Below are positions 9,601-18,400 of a stretch of DNA of 63,683 nt, piece by piece. This DNA is from Verrucomicrobiia bacterium (GTDB lineage Bacteria > Methylomirabilota > Methylomirabilia > Rokubacteriales > CSP1-6), in NCBI GenBank assembly GCA_035493135.1, contig DATJIR010000386.1:1-63683 (forward strand). The letters are read 5' to 3'. The position numbers and the translations under genes are program-made. Under the pieces are notes generated by a model, which did no database searches, was not told the origin of the DNA, and saw only the letters and a list, made by a program, of their open reading frames with translations. The first letter of the stretch is position 1, and every line of letters begins with the position of its first letter.

Positions 9601-12355
9601 GGCGGCGTCGGCCGAAGCCCGGCCCGCGGAGCAGGACCCGGTTGCCCGCGGTGAGCTCCTGCACCGCCACGTCGCCGCGGCCGACGGTCAGGACCTTGTG
9701 GTCGCCCGTGATGCGCACCCGGTAGCCGAGGCGCGTCCGCAGGTCGAAGATCGGCTTGTGGCCGGTGGGGAAGATCCGGCTCACCAGGTGCGGCTGCCCG
9801 TCGGAGCCGATCACCCGCGCGCTGCCGCCCACCAGCGCGTCGATCCGCTGCCAGCCCTCGGCGGTGGCGACCAGGGTGTCGCCGGTCACGCACGGGTTGC
9901 TCGCGTTGATGCGTCCGTCCTCGGGGCAGGTGTGCCACTCGTTGATCGTGGTGTCGTATTGCACCCCGGGATCGGCGCACGCCCACGCCGCGTGGGCGAT
10001 CTCGTCCCAGAGCTGCTCGGCCGGGACGAACCCCGCGCTCTTGCCGTCGGTGCGGCGCTTGAGCTCCCACTGGCCGCGGCGCGCCAGCACGTCGTAGAAG
10101 GCGTTGGGGACCCGCACGCTGTTGTTGGAGTTCTGCCCGGAGACCGTGTAGTACGCGTCGCTGTCCCAGTCGGTGTCGTACTCCGGGAAGTCGAGCTCGC
10201 GCACGCCCTGGCCGGCCAGCTGCAGCACGCGCTGGATGTAGCCCTCCGGGACCATGGCCGCGCGCGCCTCGCGCACCGCCGAGCGGAGCGCCGGGTTCCT
10301 GCGCGGGTCGGCCTCGAGGCCCGCCGGGGTGCGGGCCGCGCCCAGCACCGCCTGGAGCCGCCGCTTGGTCAGCCGGGAGCCGGTCACCAGCGCCGCCACC
10401 TTCTGCTCCTCGACCACCTTCCAGCGGATGAAGTTCAGGATGTCCGGATGGTCGAGATCGAGAATGACCATCTTGGCCGCGCGCCGCGTGGTGCCGCCCG
10501 ACTTGATGGCGCCCGCCGCGCGATCGCCGATCCGGAGGAACGACATCAGGCCCGAGGACTTGCCGCCACCCGACAGGGGCTCGTTCTCCCCGCGGAGGTT
10601 GGAGAAATTGGTGCCGCTGCCCGAGCCATACTTGAAGATGCGGGCTTCCCGGGTCCAGAGGTCCATGATGCCGCCGTCGTTGACCAGGTCGTCGGCCACC
10701 GACTGGATGAAGCAGTTGTGGACGATCACGTTGTTGGAGAGATACTGGCCGCTCTCGGTCTGGATGTCGTAGACCGGCTGGACCCCGATGCACTCCACCC
10801 GCACCACCGTCTCCTCCCGCAGCGCGCCCACGTCCTGGCCCGCGAACTGGTCGGAGCAGGCGATCTCGAGGCGCTCGCGCTTGTCGTCGGAGACGAAGCC
10901 CACGAGGTCGCGGAAGCGCGCGCGCGGCCCGGCGTGCGCGATCGAGATCACGTACGGCGTCCGGCGGCTCTCCCGCGTCTCCGCGCCGCGCCCGAGCCGC
11001 GAGTAGATGCCCAGGTTGAGCAGGAGCGCCTGGACGCCGTGCGCGAGAGCGGCCGAGGTGGTGGTCAGCCTGATGTCGGCCAGGCGCGCCCAGTACGAGC
11101 GCAGCCGCACCGTGCCCTGGGCCTGGAAGAGCGCGCGCAGGTAGGCGGCCTGAGCCTCCCGGCCGGCGCGGAGGATCATGGGCGGCACCGTGTGGTCGGC
11201 GCTCGAGCGGAGCAGGCCGTACTTCTCGACGAACGGGCGCAGCCGCTCGCCGTAGAGGCGGACGCGGTGGATATCGAGCCCCGGGGTGCGGGTCTCCACC
11301 GAGCGGTCGTGGTAGTGGACGCCCTCGAAGACGCGGTGCACCCGCTCCACGACGAAGTCGAGCTCGTCCTTGTCGATGGTCGTGAACTCGACGGCCAGGC
11401 TGTGATCGGTGCCGAGCCCGTCCTGGCCCACGAAGCCGTCGCCCTGCAGCCACCCCACCAGGATGGCCTCGTCCACCTCGGCCTCCTGGGAGGCCCGGCG
11501 AACCTCGGTCCGCGTCGAGAGGCACAGGGCCGCTCCCGGCTCCACCTCGTCCACCCGGCGCCAGGCGCCGATGCCGTTGGCGATGGCCCACACGAGGTGG
11601 TCGCCGGTGGCCTCCACGGTCACCCCGTTCTTGAGTTCGATCCGGAAGACCGCCTTCTCGCCGTTCTCCTTGACCGCCACGATCCGGGTGGTGCCGATGC
11701 CCTCGTCCCGCCCGTCGTAGACCTCCAGGCCGACCAGCCGCTTGGTCACGATCTGGCCGATGGGCAGGGGGCCCTCCGGGGTCGAGACCAGCGCGTGGTA
11801 GGGCTGGCAGGCGTGGGGCTGTGGGCGCTCGTAGGCGGAGCTGGCCCGGGTCAGGATCCCCGTATCAGGATCGACGTAGTAGTGACCCTGGGCCGGCCCG
11901 CTGAGCCCGTAGGCGTAGTGGAGACCGGTGTTGAACCACTGCGGCGAGTTGGGCGCCGCGACCTGGGAGGCCAGCATGGCGCAGAGCTCGTCATAGAAGG
12001 CGCGGGCATCCGACGGGGTATCGAAGTAGCCGTACTTCTCTCCCCAGTGCATCCAGCAGCCCGCCAGCCGGTGAAAGACCTGCCGGGCGTCGCGCTCGCC
12101 ACCCAGGACCGGCCGGTCCTCCCGGTCGAGCAGGGGCTTGCCGTCCGGCGCGTACTGGGGCACCCCCGACTTCCGGAAGTACTTCTGGGCCAGGATGTCG
12201 GTCGCCACCCCGGACCACCCGGCCGGCACCGAGATCCCATCCTGGCGGAAGACCGTCGAGCCGTCGGGGTTCTTGATCTCCGACACTCGCTGCTCGAACT
12301 GGATTCCCGCGTAGGGACTCTGGCCTTCCTTGGTGAACCGACGGGCGACTTTCAT
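6674..12355 (-). CDS. nrdJ: Vitamin B12-dependent (class II) ribonucleotide reductase containing two inteins; C-terminal 4-Cys zinc finger
   Basis: 1893-aa ORF preceded by a strong RBS (TAGGAGGAGCTCATG). Class II RNR motifs are present: [27 protein letters not shown], and the tail [25 protein letters not shown]. Removing the two inteins leaves 1168 aa. Confidence 0.95.
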   Translation of the reverse strand: MKVARRFTKEGQSPYAGIQFEQRVSEIKNPDGSTVFRQDGISVPAGWSGVATDILAQKYFRKSGVPQYAPDGKPLLDREDRPVLGGERDARQVFHRLAGCWMHWGEKYGYFDTPSDARAFYDELCAMLASQVAAPNSPQWFNTGLHYAYGLSGPAQGHYYVDPDTGILTRASSAYERPQPHACQPYHALVSTPEGPLPIGQIVTKRLVGLEVYDGRDEGIGTTRIVAVKENGEKAVFRIELKNGVTVEATGDHLVWAIANGIGAWRRVDEVEPGAALCLSTRTEVRRASQEAEVDEAILVGWLQGDGFVGQDGLGTDHSLAVEFTTIDKDELDFVVERVHRVFEGVHYHDRSVETRTPGLDIHRVRLYGERLRPFVEKYGLLRSSADHTVPPMILRAGREAQAAYLRALFQAQGTVRLRSYWARLADIRLTTTSAALAHGVQALLLNLGIYSRLGRGAETRESRRTPYVISIAHAGPRARFRDLVGFVSDDKRERLEIACSDQFAGQDVGALREETVVRVECIGVQPVYDIQTESGQYLSNNVIVHNCFIQSVADDLVNDGGIMDLWTREARIFKYGSGSGTNFSNLRGENEPLSGGGKSSGLMSFLRIGDRAAGAIKSGGTTRRAAKMVILDLDHPDILNFIRWKVVEEQKVAALVTGSRLTKRRLQAVLGAARTPAGLEADPRRNPALRSAVREARAAMVPEGYIQRVLQLAGQGVRELDFPEYDTDWDSDAYYTVSGQNSNNSVRVPNAFYDVLARRGQWELKRRTDGKSAGFVPAEQLWDEIAHAAWACADPGVQYDTTINEWHTCPEDGRINASNPCVTGDTLVATAEGWQRIDALVGGSARVIGSDGQPHLVSRIFPTGHKPIFDLRTRLGYRVRITGDHKVLTVGRGDVAVQELTAGNRVLLRGPGFGRRRLAPGQALGVGVSAAEGHLSHSVIGGRAQETLVLTTDAGESPVLAAVASAVNAGRAALQAVGAGRSNDAGIITRTAAAARLVLTETATIDLFREFAVLDEGAANIRFTPAVFDLDRPALAGVLRGLFTADASVANYGEQSRYISLDSTSLELLRQTQLLLLGFGIKARLYEDTQLAEAQPSRPHPTHSLRISRSSRVLFEQKIGFYAESPKAAALARINGEEPAAAEDLTDEVASVEPAGDAPVFDLTEEVTQHFIAGGLVVHNCSEYMFLDDTACNLASINLVKFLREDGSFDVDGFRHACRLWTAVLEISVLMAAYPSPAIAQRSWDYRTLGLGYANMGTVLMRKGIPYDSPEATAICGAVTAVMCGEAYATSAEMARDLGPFPGFQRNQAAMLRVMRNHRRAAYRGPAAEYEGLSIAPHGIDPAHCPAPLLQAARETWDRAVALGEQFGYRNAQVTVLAPTGTIGLVMDCDTTGIEPDFALVKFKKLAGGGYFKIINQSLPVALETIGYTAGQIDDIVAYCVGHKTLRGAPAINHESLRAKGFDDEGLQRVETAIETAFDISFAFNAWTLGEGYIASRLGLNEAQLAEWNGNLLRALGFTAAEIEAANDYCCGTMTVEGAPLLKSEHLAIFDCANRCGKRGVRYIATEAHIRMMAAAQPFISGAISKTINMPQDATIEDVKWAYDLAWLGMLKAVALYRDGSKLSQPLNSTTDEDDERAVAADVEAVAEKMTERVVTQYLRERHRLPDRRKGYTQKAVVGGHKVYLRTGEYEDGQVGEIFLDMHKEGAAFRSLMNCFAIAISLGLQHGVPLEEFVDAFVFTRFEPNGMVKGNDRIKMSTSVIDYVFRELAITYLGRTDLSHVPDDDLRADAIGSKPGEGPVAAAPPAPAAAPQASTVRTIAPMSGGSGGAAPMPVAPLPVAATGPTWKSPSASEMARLKGYEGDPCGECGQFTMVRNGTCLKCITCGTTTGCS
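8813..9892 (-). mobile_element. Intein 2 (360 aa, endonuclease region partly atypical)
   Basis: Covers aa 822-1181. It starts [14 protein letters not shown], has block B in RITGDHKV and a second LAGLIDADG motif [15 protein letters not shown], and ends LVVHN followed by the +1 Cys of NPCSEY. Confidence 0.85.
10715..11809 (-). mobile_element. Intein 1 (365 aa, LAGLIDADG homing-endonuclease type)
   Basis: Covers aa 183-547. It starts at Cys (CQPYHALV), has block B in [18 protein letters not shown] motifs [13 protein letters not shown] and [12 protein letters not shown], and ends VIVHN followed by the +1 Cys of ACFIQ. Confidence 0.85.
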
Positions 12356-12490
12356 GAGCTCCTCCTAAAATGGCACTGGCCAAACCACGACCGCTGCGGG
12401 ACCCAATGGTGCGACCGACTTCAGACCGGGAAAGGGGGCTGGGGTGACGCGAGCGCCTCTGGACTCGGAACCGGCCGGCATGAACGCTTG

Positions 12491-12537
12491 TTCATATATC
12501 TAGTGTGTGTATCGAAACGGACCCCAACATATTGCGC
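12491..12537 (-). promoter_or_regulatory. Putative tandem NrdR boxes
   Basis: In gene-sense orientation, box ACACTAGATATATGAA (12491-12506) matches 11/16 positions of the remembered consensus acaCwAtATaTwgTgt. Box GCGCAATATGTTGGGG (12522-12537) matches 9/16. The box centres are 31 bp apart. Confidence 0.45.
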
Positions 12538-12555
12538 CCCTCGAGACCCTGTCAA
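12526..12555 (-). promoter_or_regulatory. Candidate nrdJ promoter
   Basis: In sense orientation: TTGACA (12550-12555), an 18-nt spacer, then TATGTT (12526-12531). The -10 element overlaps the upstream NrdR-like box. Confidence 0.4.
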
Positions 12556-12728
12556 CTAAAAAAGACCCGCACAGCTTGCACGCATCGCGTCACGCGCAGG
12601 GAGCAGCCTAGATCGGGATCAGCTACAGCCGAGGAGATCAGCCGAGCGGGGGTGCTTCGGGGAGAGTGCTGAACGACCGCTTCGAGCGCCGGCTTAGCCG
12701 GCGCAATCCGAATCGAGGGGGAGGCCTC

Positions 12729-12764
12729 GGAGGGGGCCCCCTTGATCCAAGAGGGGCCCCCTCC
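12729..12764 (-). terminator. Hairpin immediately downstream of mlaA
   Basis: A perfect 12-bp stem, ggagggggcccc paired with ggggccccctcc, with a 12-nt loop. It begins 4 nt after the TAA stop at 12768-12770 and has no U-tract. Confidence 0.5.
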
Positions 12765-12767
12765 GAT

Positions 12768-13766
12768 TTAGTACGGTGCCGGCCCCTTGATCATGTTCTC
12801 GCGGCGCTGGAGGTAGCCGTTCCGGACCGCGCTGTAGAGGTCGACCGTGGTCTCCTCGAAGCCCTGGTAGAGGTCGAGGTTGAGGGACCGGTCGTTGATC
12901 GTATTGCCGATCTTCATCCCGAGGCGGGTCCAGATGAAGGGCAGCACGTAGCTGAGCGGGTCCATGGCGCCGTCCACCGCGGTTCCGATGCCGTCACGCA
13001 CCGTGAGAGGAGGCAGGAGCGGCAGCACCAGGAAGGGGCCGGGGCCGAGGCCCCAGATGCCGAGGGTCTGCCCGAAGTCGGCCCGGGTCTTCTGCAGCCC
13101 GAACTCCTGCTTGGCGATGTCGAAGAGCCCGCCGATTCCCAGCGTGCTGTTGATCAGGAAGCGCCCGACCTCGGCGCCCGCGCCCTTGGGCCGCCACTGG
13201 AGCAGGTTGTTGACCACCCGCTGGACCACCAGGAGATTGTCGAACCCGCTGTCGATCATCTGTTGTAGCCGGTCGGGCATGACGAAGTTGTAGCCCTTGG
13301 CGACCGGCTTCAGCACGTACTTGTCCATGTTGTAGTTGAACGAGAACATCTTCTCGTTGAACGGCTCCCACGGGTCGTACTCCTCGAGGACGCCGTCGGA
13401 CGGCACCACCGGATCGGCCGCGCGGGCCTGGGCCAGCATCGGCCCCGCCGCCTGGCTCACCAGCAGCGGACCGATCGACGCGACCATGAACGACGGCTGC
13501 CGGTCGGCGACGATCCGCTCGAACGAGGCGGGGGAGAACGCCACGCTGGCCGCCAGCACCTGCTCACCCGCGTGGGGCTCGGTCACCGCGCCGGTGGGCT
13601 GCTGCTCGGGCGCGAGGGCGGCCGCGACGGGATTGGCGGGATCGATCGCGTCGGTCGGCGCGCTGGTGGCCGCGAGCAGCGACTCGCTCTTGAGCCCGCC
13701 TGAGAGCGTCCCGCAGCCCCCGAGGGCCAGGCCCAGCACCGCCATCACCAGGACTGCCTGCCGCAT
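12768..13766 (-). CDS. mlaA: MlaA/VacJ family outer-membrane lipoprotein
   Basis: Lipobox LALGGC directly after MRQAVLVMAVLG. The VacJ-like core is present (PFNEKMFSFNYNMDKYVLKPVAKGY, GQTLGIWGLGPGPFLVLPLLPP). ATG at 13764-13766. Confidence 0.8.
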   Translation of the reverse strand: MRQAVLVMAVLGLALGGCGTLSGGLKSESLLAATSAPTDAIDPANPVAAALAPEQQPTGAVTEPHAGEQVLAASVAFSPASFERIVADRQPSFMVASIGPLLVSQAAGPMLAQARAADPVVPSDGVLEEYDPWEPFNEKMFSFNYNMDKYVLKPVAKGYNFVMPDRLQQMIDSGFDNLLVVQRVVNNLLQWRPKGAGAEVGRFLINSTLGIGGLFDIAKQEFGLQKTRADFGQTLGIWGLGPGPFLVLPLLPPLTVRDGIGTAVDGAMDPLSYVLPFIWTRLGMKIGNTINDRSLNLDLYQGFEETTVDLYSAVRNGYLQRRENMIKGPAPY

Positions 13767-14041
13767 GCCGAGTCCGAAGCGCACCGTCTCTCTCCCCCCA
13801 TCATGCCGATTGGTGTGGCTCACGAGCCCCGATCGAGGCCGACGCGGCCGGGGCACCAAGGGAGCAAGGCAGGTGCCAGAGCGCATCACGCCCGAGCATA
13901 GGGTATGGAGCGACGCTGTTTCAAGCACTTTCCCTGCGACAGGCCGGCTCTTCGGGCCCCTACCTATAGTCGTGGGCCGCGTGAATTGTCACCCGCCGCC
14001 CGATTCGTGTCTCGAGGTCGCCCCGACGGTCTCGCGGGGCG

Positions 14042-14070
14042 TTGACAGGCCGGAACCGACGGGATTAGAT
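14042..14070 (+). promoter_or_regulatory. Sigma70-like promoter upstream of the GlcG-like gene
   Basis: TTGACA at 14042-14047, a 17-nt spacer, then TTAGAT at 14065-14070. It sits about 50 nt upstream of ATG 14122. Confidence 0.4.
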
Positions 14071-14121
14071 GCTGGCGCGGTCGCGGGATCCCAGATCACG
14101 GATGCGTGAAAGGCGACGGAG

Positions 14122-14529
14122 ATGATCGAGCTGACGCTGGAGATGGCGGAGCGCGCGGCGCGCGCCGCGCGGGAGAAGGCCCGGGCCCTCGGCACGCCGA
14201 TGACGGTGACGGTGGTGGACGAGGCGGGGCGTCTCGTGCTGTGCGCCCGCGGCGACGGGACCGGTTTCTTCACGCCCGAGACCTCGCGGGCCAAGGCGAT
14301 GGCCGCGGCCAACTTCCGCATGTCGACCGCGGAGCTGGCCGAGCGGGTGCAGAAGGGCGGCGCCTTCTGGGCGCACGTGGGCAGCGCGATCCCGGGCCAG
14401 ATCCTGGCGAGCCACGGCGCGGTGCCGATCGTGGCGGGCGGCCGCGTGATCGGCGCGATCGGCTGCGGCGGCGGCACGGGCGAGCAAGATCAGGAGTGCG
14501 CGGCGGCGGGCGCGGCGGTCCTCGCCTGA
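14122..14529 (+). CDS. GlcG/HbpS-like (DUF336) haem-binding family protein
   Basis: 135 aa, with family-typical segments VTVVDEAGRLV, SRAKAMAAANF and GAVPIVAGGRVIGAIGCGG. Confidence 0.75.
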   Translation: MIELTLEMAERAARAAREKARALGTPMTVTVVDEAGRLVLCARGDGTGFFTPETSRAKAMAAANFRMSTAELAERVQKGGAFWAHVGSAIPGQILASHGAVPIVAGGRVIGAIGCGGGTGEQDQECAAAGAAVLA

Positions 14530-14532
14530 CGG

Positions 14533-16632
14533 CTAGAGTTTCACGAGCGCGTCGAGGACGGTCACGCCCTCGCCGCGCCGACCCACCAGCACCGGGTTCA
14601 GGTCGATCTCACTGACGGTGGGACCGAGCCCGCGCGCCGCCTCGCCCAGACGCTCCAGCAGGGCGACGGCGGCGGGCAGGTCGAGCGGCGCGCTGCCGCG
14701 CACGCCGTCCCACAGCGCGCCGATCCGCAGCGCGCGGAGCGCCTCCTGGGCCGCGGCCGCGTCGATCGGGGGCAGCAGCAGCCGGAAGTCGCGCAGCACC
14801 TCGATGAGCACGCCGCCCGAGCCCACCAGGACCACCGGGCCGAACACCGGATCGATCTTCACCCCGAGCGCCAGCTCGAGCGCGCCGCGGGCCTGGCGCT
14901 GGATCACGAAGCCCTCCACCGGGACGCCGGGCGCGCGCGCGCGGACGTCGGCCTCCACGCGCCGGCAGGCCTCCGCGACCGCTGCCCGGTCGGGCACCCC
15001 GAGCACGACCCCGCCCACGTCGGACTTGTGCGGCAGGGCGCTCGAGCAGATCTTCACCACGACCGGATAGCCCACCTGGTCGGCCGCGTCGGGCGCGGCG
15101 GCGGCGGCGGTGACGAACACGGTGTCCACCAGCGGCAGGCCGTAGGGCGCAAGCAGGCGCTGGCTCTCCCACTCGTTGAGGAACTGGCCGGCGGTCCGGC
15201 CCGCCGGCAGGGGCGGCGGCGCGGGCGGGGCCGGCGGCGCCTCTGCCGCGCGCGCGAGCCAGCGCGGGCGCCTCGCGGTGGCGCGCGCCAGGCAGGCCAG
15301 CGAGCGGAGCGCCACGCTGCCGTCCTCGAACGCCAGGACGTCGGCGGCCCGGAAGGCGTCGACCACCGGGCGCTGGGGGCAGCTCACCGCCACCACCTTG
15401 GGCGAGCGCCGGGCGATCGCGGCCACGTCGAGCACGAGACGGCCCAGGTCGGTGGCCGATCCCAGCAGCGCGATCTGGAAGACGATCGCGTCCACGCCCG
15501 GGTCGGCCTCGAGGGCGGGCAGCACGCGGGCGAGCATGCCGGGATCGGTGAGCATCTGCGCGGTGAGATCGACGGGGTTGGCCGCCGCGGCGAAGTCGGG
15601 CAGCGACGCACGCAGCGCCGCGGTCGTCTCGGCCGTGAACTCGGCGGCCACCAGGCCCAGGTCCACGCACAGGTCGACCGACAGGACGCCGAGCCCCCCG
15701 GAGTTGGACAGGATCGCCACCCGCGTGCCCGCGGCCCCGTAGCGCAGGAAGGCCTGGGGCAGGGCCAGCAGCTCGGCCGGATCGGCGCAGCGGATGGCGC
15801 CCCAGTCCGCGAACACCGCGTCGTAGACCGCGTCCTCGCCGGCGAGGGCGCCGGTGTGGGACGCCGCCGCGCGCCGCCCCACCGCGCTGCGCCCCGACTT
15901 CAGCACGAACACCGGCACCCCGCGGCGGTGGGCGCGCGCGAGCGCTTCGCGGAGACGCCCCGCGTCCTTGACGTCCTCGAGGTACGTGCACGCCACGCGG
16001 GTCTCGGGATCCTCCACCACCTCACCGAGGATCTCGGCGGCCTGCACGTCGGCCTCGTTGCCGGTGCTCACCCAGTAGTTGAGGCCGAGGCCGGCCGCGC
16101 GGGCCATCTCGTAGATCATCCCGGCCATGGCCCCGCTCTGGCTCACCATCGCGATCGGCCCGGTCGCGAGCCCGGTGTCGAGGAAGGGCGACGCGAACGT
16201 GGCCACCAGGCGCGAGGGCAGGTGGGCGAAGCCCTGGCAGTTGGGGCCGATGATGCGAAGCCCGGTGCGCTCGGCCAGGGCGCGGAGCCGCGCCTGGGCC
16301 GCCCGCCCGGTCTCACCCACCTCGGCGAAGCCGCTGCTGAACACGATAGCGGCCCGGATGCCCTTGGCCGCGGCGGCCTCGAGCGACTCGAGCACGCGCT
16401 CGGCCGGCACCACGACCACCGCGAGATCGACCTCACCCGGAATCGCGGCCAGCGACGGAAAGGCGGGGAGGCCCTGCACGGTGGCGCGGGACGGATTCAC
16501 CGGGTAGACGGGCCCCGCATAGCCGTGGCGCAGCAGGAACGCGAGCGGTCGCCCGCCGATCTTGACCGGATCGTCGGAGGCACCCACCACCGCGATGGCG
16601 CGAGGCCGGAAGACTGCGCTGAGGCCGCTCAC
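14533..16632 (-). CDS. ADP-forming acetyl/acyl-CoA synthetase (CoA-binding + ATP-grasp fusion)
   Basis: 699 aa from GTG 16632. The N-terminus FRPRAIAVVGASDDPVKIGGRPL is a CoA-binding fold and the C-terminal half is ATP-grasp-like. The ORF-track 1011-aa form includes an antisense artefact. Confidence 0.85.
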   Translation of the reverse strand: MSGLSAVFRPRAIAVVGASDDPVKIGGRPLAFLLRHGYAGPVYPVNPSRATVQGLPAFPSLAAIPGEVDLAVVVVPAERVLESLEAAAAKGIRAAIVFSSGFAEVGETGRAAQARLRALAERTGLRIIGPNCQGFAHLPSRLVATFASPFLDTGLATGPIAMVSQSGAMAGMIYEMARAAGLGLNYWVSTGNEADVQAAEILGEVVEDPETRVACTYLEDVKDAGRLREALARAHRRGVPVFVLKSGRSAVGRRAAASHTGALAGEDAVYDAVFADWGAIRCADPAELLALPQAFLRYGAAGTRVAILSNSGGLGVLSVDLCVDLGLVAAEFTAETTAALRASLPDFAAAANPVDLTAQMLTDPGMLARVLPALEADPGVDAIVFQIALLGSATDLGRLVLDVAAIARRSPKVVAVSCPQRPVVDAFRAADVLAFEDGSVALRSLACLARATARRPRWLARAAEAPPAPPAPPPLPAGRTAGQFLNEWESQRLLAPYGLPLVDTVFVTAAAAAPDAADQVGYPVVVKICSSALPHKSDVGGVVLGVPDRAAVAEACRRVEADVRARAPGVPVEGFVIQRQARGALELALGVKIDPVFGPVVLVGSGGVLIEVLRDFRLLLPPIDAAAAQEALRALRIGALWDGVRGSAPLDLPAAVALLERLGEAARGLGPTVSEIDLNPVLVGRRGEGVTVLDALVKL

Positions 16633-16670
16633 GGGGCGGAAGTATAGCGTGTATGATCGGGCGCGAGAGC

Positions 16671-18243
16671 ATGGCGCGCTGGGACCTCCGCTTCTCGCTC
16701 GTCGTCGCGGCGAGCCTCGCGGTGCTGGGGGGCCTCGTGGCCGGCCTGGCCCTGGACGCCGGGGTTCTGCGCCGCTCCCGACTTCCGCCTCTTCCCCGCC
16801 GACCGCGACGCCCGGGCCGCCGGCCTGCGCGCGGGTGATCGGCTGGTCGCGGTCGACGGCGCGTCCCCGCTCACCCTGGCCGGGCGCGTGCGGGACGCCA
16901 CCGGCCCCGTGCGCTACGACCTCGAGCGCGCGGGCCGGCGCCTCACGGTGGAGCTCGCGCCGCGACGGCTCGGCTGGAGCGGGCTCGTCGACCACTTCGG
17001 GACCTACGTGCTCGTCTCCGCGCTCATGCTGGGAGCGGGCGCGCTGGTCTACGCCCAGAACCCGGCCGCGGCGCCGAACCGTCGCTTCCTCACCTACATG
17101 TGTCTCTGGGCCGTCTCGAACGTGGCGGTCCCGGCGGCGGTGCTGGGCGCCCGCCCGACGGCCGCGACGGTGGTCGGCCTGATCGCGCCGCTCCTGTCGA
17201 TCCACGGCTGGGTGTTCTTCCTGACGTACCCGGCGAACCCGGCGCGGGCGCGGTGGCTCGAGCGCCACCGGGTGATCCCCCGGCTCTACCGTCTCGCCGC
17301 CCTGCTGGGGGCGGCCGGCGCGCTGGCCTACCTGCTGATCGTGTAGCGAGCCCCCGCGCTGCTGGTGGACGGCTGGATCTACCCCGCGTCCGCCGCGGTG
17401 CTGTCGCTGCTGAGCGCGCTCTCGTTCCCGATCAAGATCGGCGCGCTGCTCGATACCAAGCGGCGGGCCGCCTCCCCGCTCATCGACCAGCAGACGACCG
17501 TGCTCCTGCTCGGCATCGCCATGGGCCTCGGGGGTTGGCTCTGCCTCATGCTCTGGCCGCTCCAGCATCTCTACGCCTCCCCGGTCGATCCGCAGGTGGG
17601 CTCGGCCCTGATGCTGCTCTATCCGGCCGCCATCGGCTACGCCACCGTGCGCTACCGGCTCTTCGACGCGACGGTGGTCATCCGCCGCTCGGTCATCTAC
17701 ACCGGGCTGGCCGGCCTCATCACCGGCGCCTACGCGCTACTGCTGGCGGGCGCCAACGCGCTGCTGGCCCAGGCCGACCTCACCCGGGCCCCGTGGTTCT
17801 CGGCCGCCTTCATGTTCCTGGTCGCGCTGCTCTTCAACCCGCTGCGCGAGCGGGTGCGCCGGGCGGTGGACCGCACGTTCTTCCGCGAGCGCTCCGACTA
17901 CGTCCAGGCCATGCGCTCGCTCGCGCGCTCGATGTCGAGCTGGCCGACCGCTTCGATCCGGTGGCCATGCACGTAGGGGTCAACACCGGCCCCGCCCTGC
18001 TCGGCGCGACCAAGATCGAGGGCAGCGCCGGGACCCGCTGGACCTATACCGCCTCCGGCATGTACCGCCTCCGGCATGACCACCAACATCGCGGCGCGGC
18101 TGTCCGCCCAGGCGGGCGACGGCGAGATCGTCATCAGCGAGCCCACCCGGGTGCGGCTGGGACCGGACCTGACCGTCGAGGACCTGGGCGTGCGGGAGTT
18201 GAAGAACGTGGAGACGCCGCTGCGGCTCTTCCGGCTGCGTTAG
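16671..18243 (+). pseudogene. Disrupted PDZ / multi-TM sensor / class III nucleotidyl-cyclase gene
   Basis: A TM anchor (MARWDLRFSLVVAASLAVLGGLVAG, frame 3) is followed by a frameshift near 16760 into a PDZ-like segment (AAGLRAGDRLVAVDG, frame 1). An in-frame TAG lies at 17344-17346. A frame change near 17930 enters only the C-terminal half of a cyclase domain (HVGVNTGPALLG...YTASGMTTNIAARL). A 16-bp duplication then causes a further frameshift. Confidence 0.6.
18047..18078 (+). repeat. Exact 16-bp tandem duplication (taccgcctccggcatg x2) inside the cyclase remnant
   Basis: Read directly from the sequence. Deleting one copy restores the frame WTYTASGMTTNIAARLSAQAGDGEIVISEPT...LRLFRLR*. Confidence 0.9.
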
Positions 18244-18400
18244 GTACCTCGGGCCCGACGCCTCCGGCGACGTGGGGGCGCGTGGCTTGACGGGCGGGGG
18301 AGGCCCCGATAGAATGGCGCACCGCGAGCGGCCCGCGACGTCCGGCGCGGAGTCCCGCTGGATCCCTGAAGTCCATCGAACCCGAGGAGGAGCCAACACC

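Noticed and set aside
7013-12559. Long plus-strand ORFs (7013-9064, 683 aa; 9542-12559, 1005 aa) antisense to nrdJ, plus the alternative-frame minus-strand ORFs 6669-8780 and 9351-11591.
   Set aside because: Their translations are Arg/Gly/Ala/Asp/His-rich low complexity with no recognisable domain. Such open frames are expected opposite or out of frame with a 70% GC gene. The nrdJ frame carries unmistakable RNR and intein motifs.
12356-12560. A possible cobalamin riboswitch in the nrdJ leader.
   Set aside because: I could not find a B12-box-like core or the expected multi-stem architecture. B12 riboswitches typically control B12-independent RNRs rather than nrdJ. The AT-rich palindromes fit NrdR boxes better.
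17344-17346. The in-frame TAG as evidence of stop-codon recoding (for example pyrrolysine or an alternative genetic code).
   Set aside because: TAG is used as an ordinary terminator by several well-supported genes here (for example 18401-19945, pepE, yidC). The same gene also carries two frameshifts and a deletion. Gene decay or sequence error is the simpler explanation.
14533-17568. A 1011-aa version of the ADP-forming acyl-CoA synthetase ORF.
   Set aside because: The first 312 or so codons are antisense to the cyclase remnant and of low complexity. The conserved CoA-binding N-terminus begins at GTG 16632.
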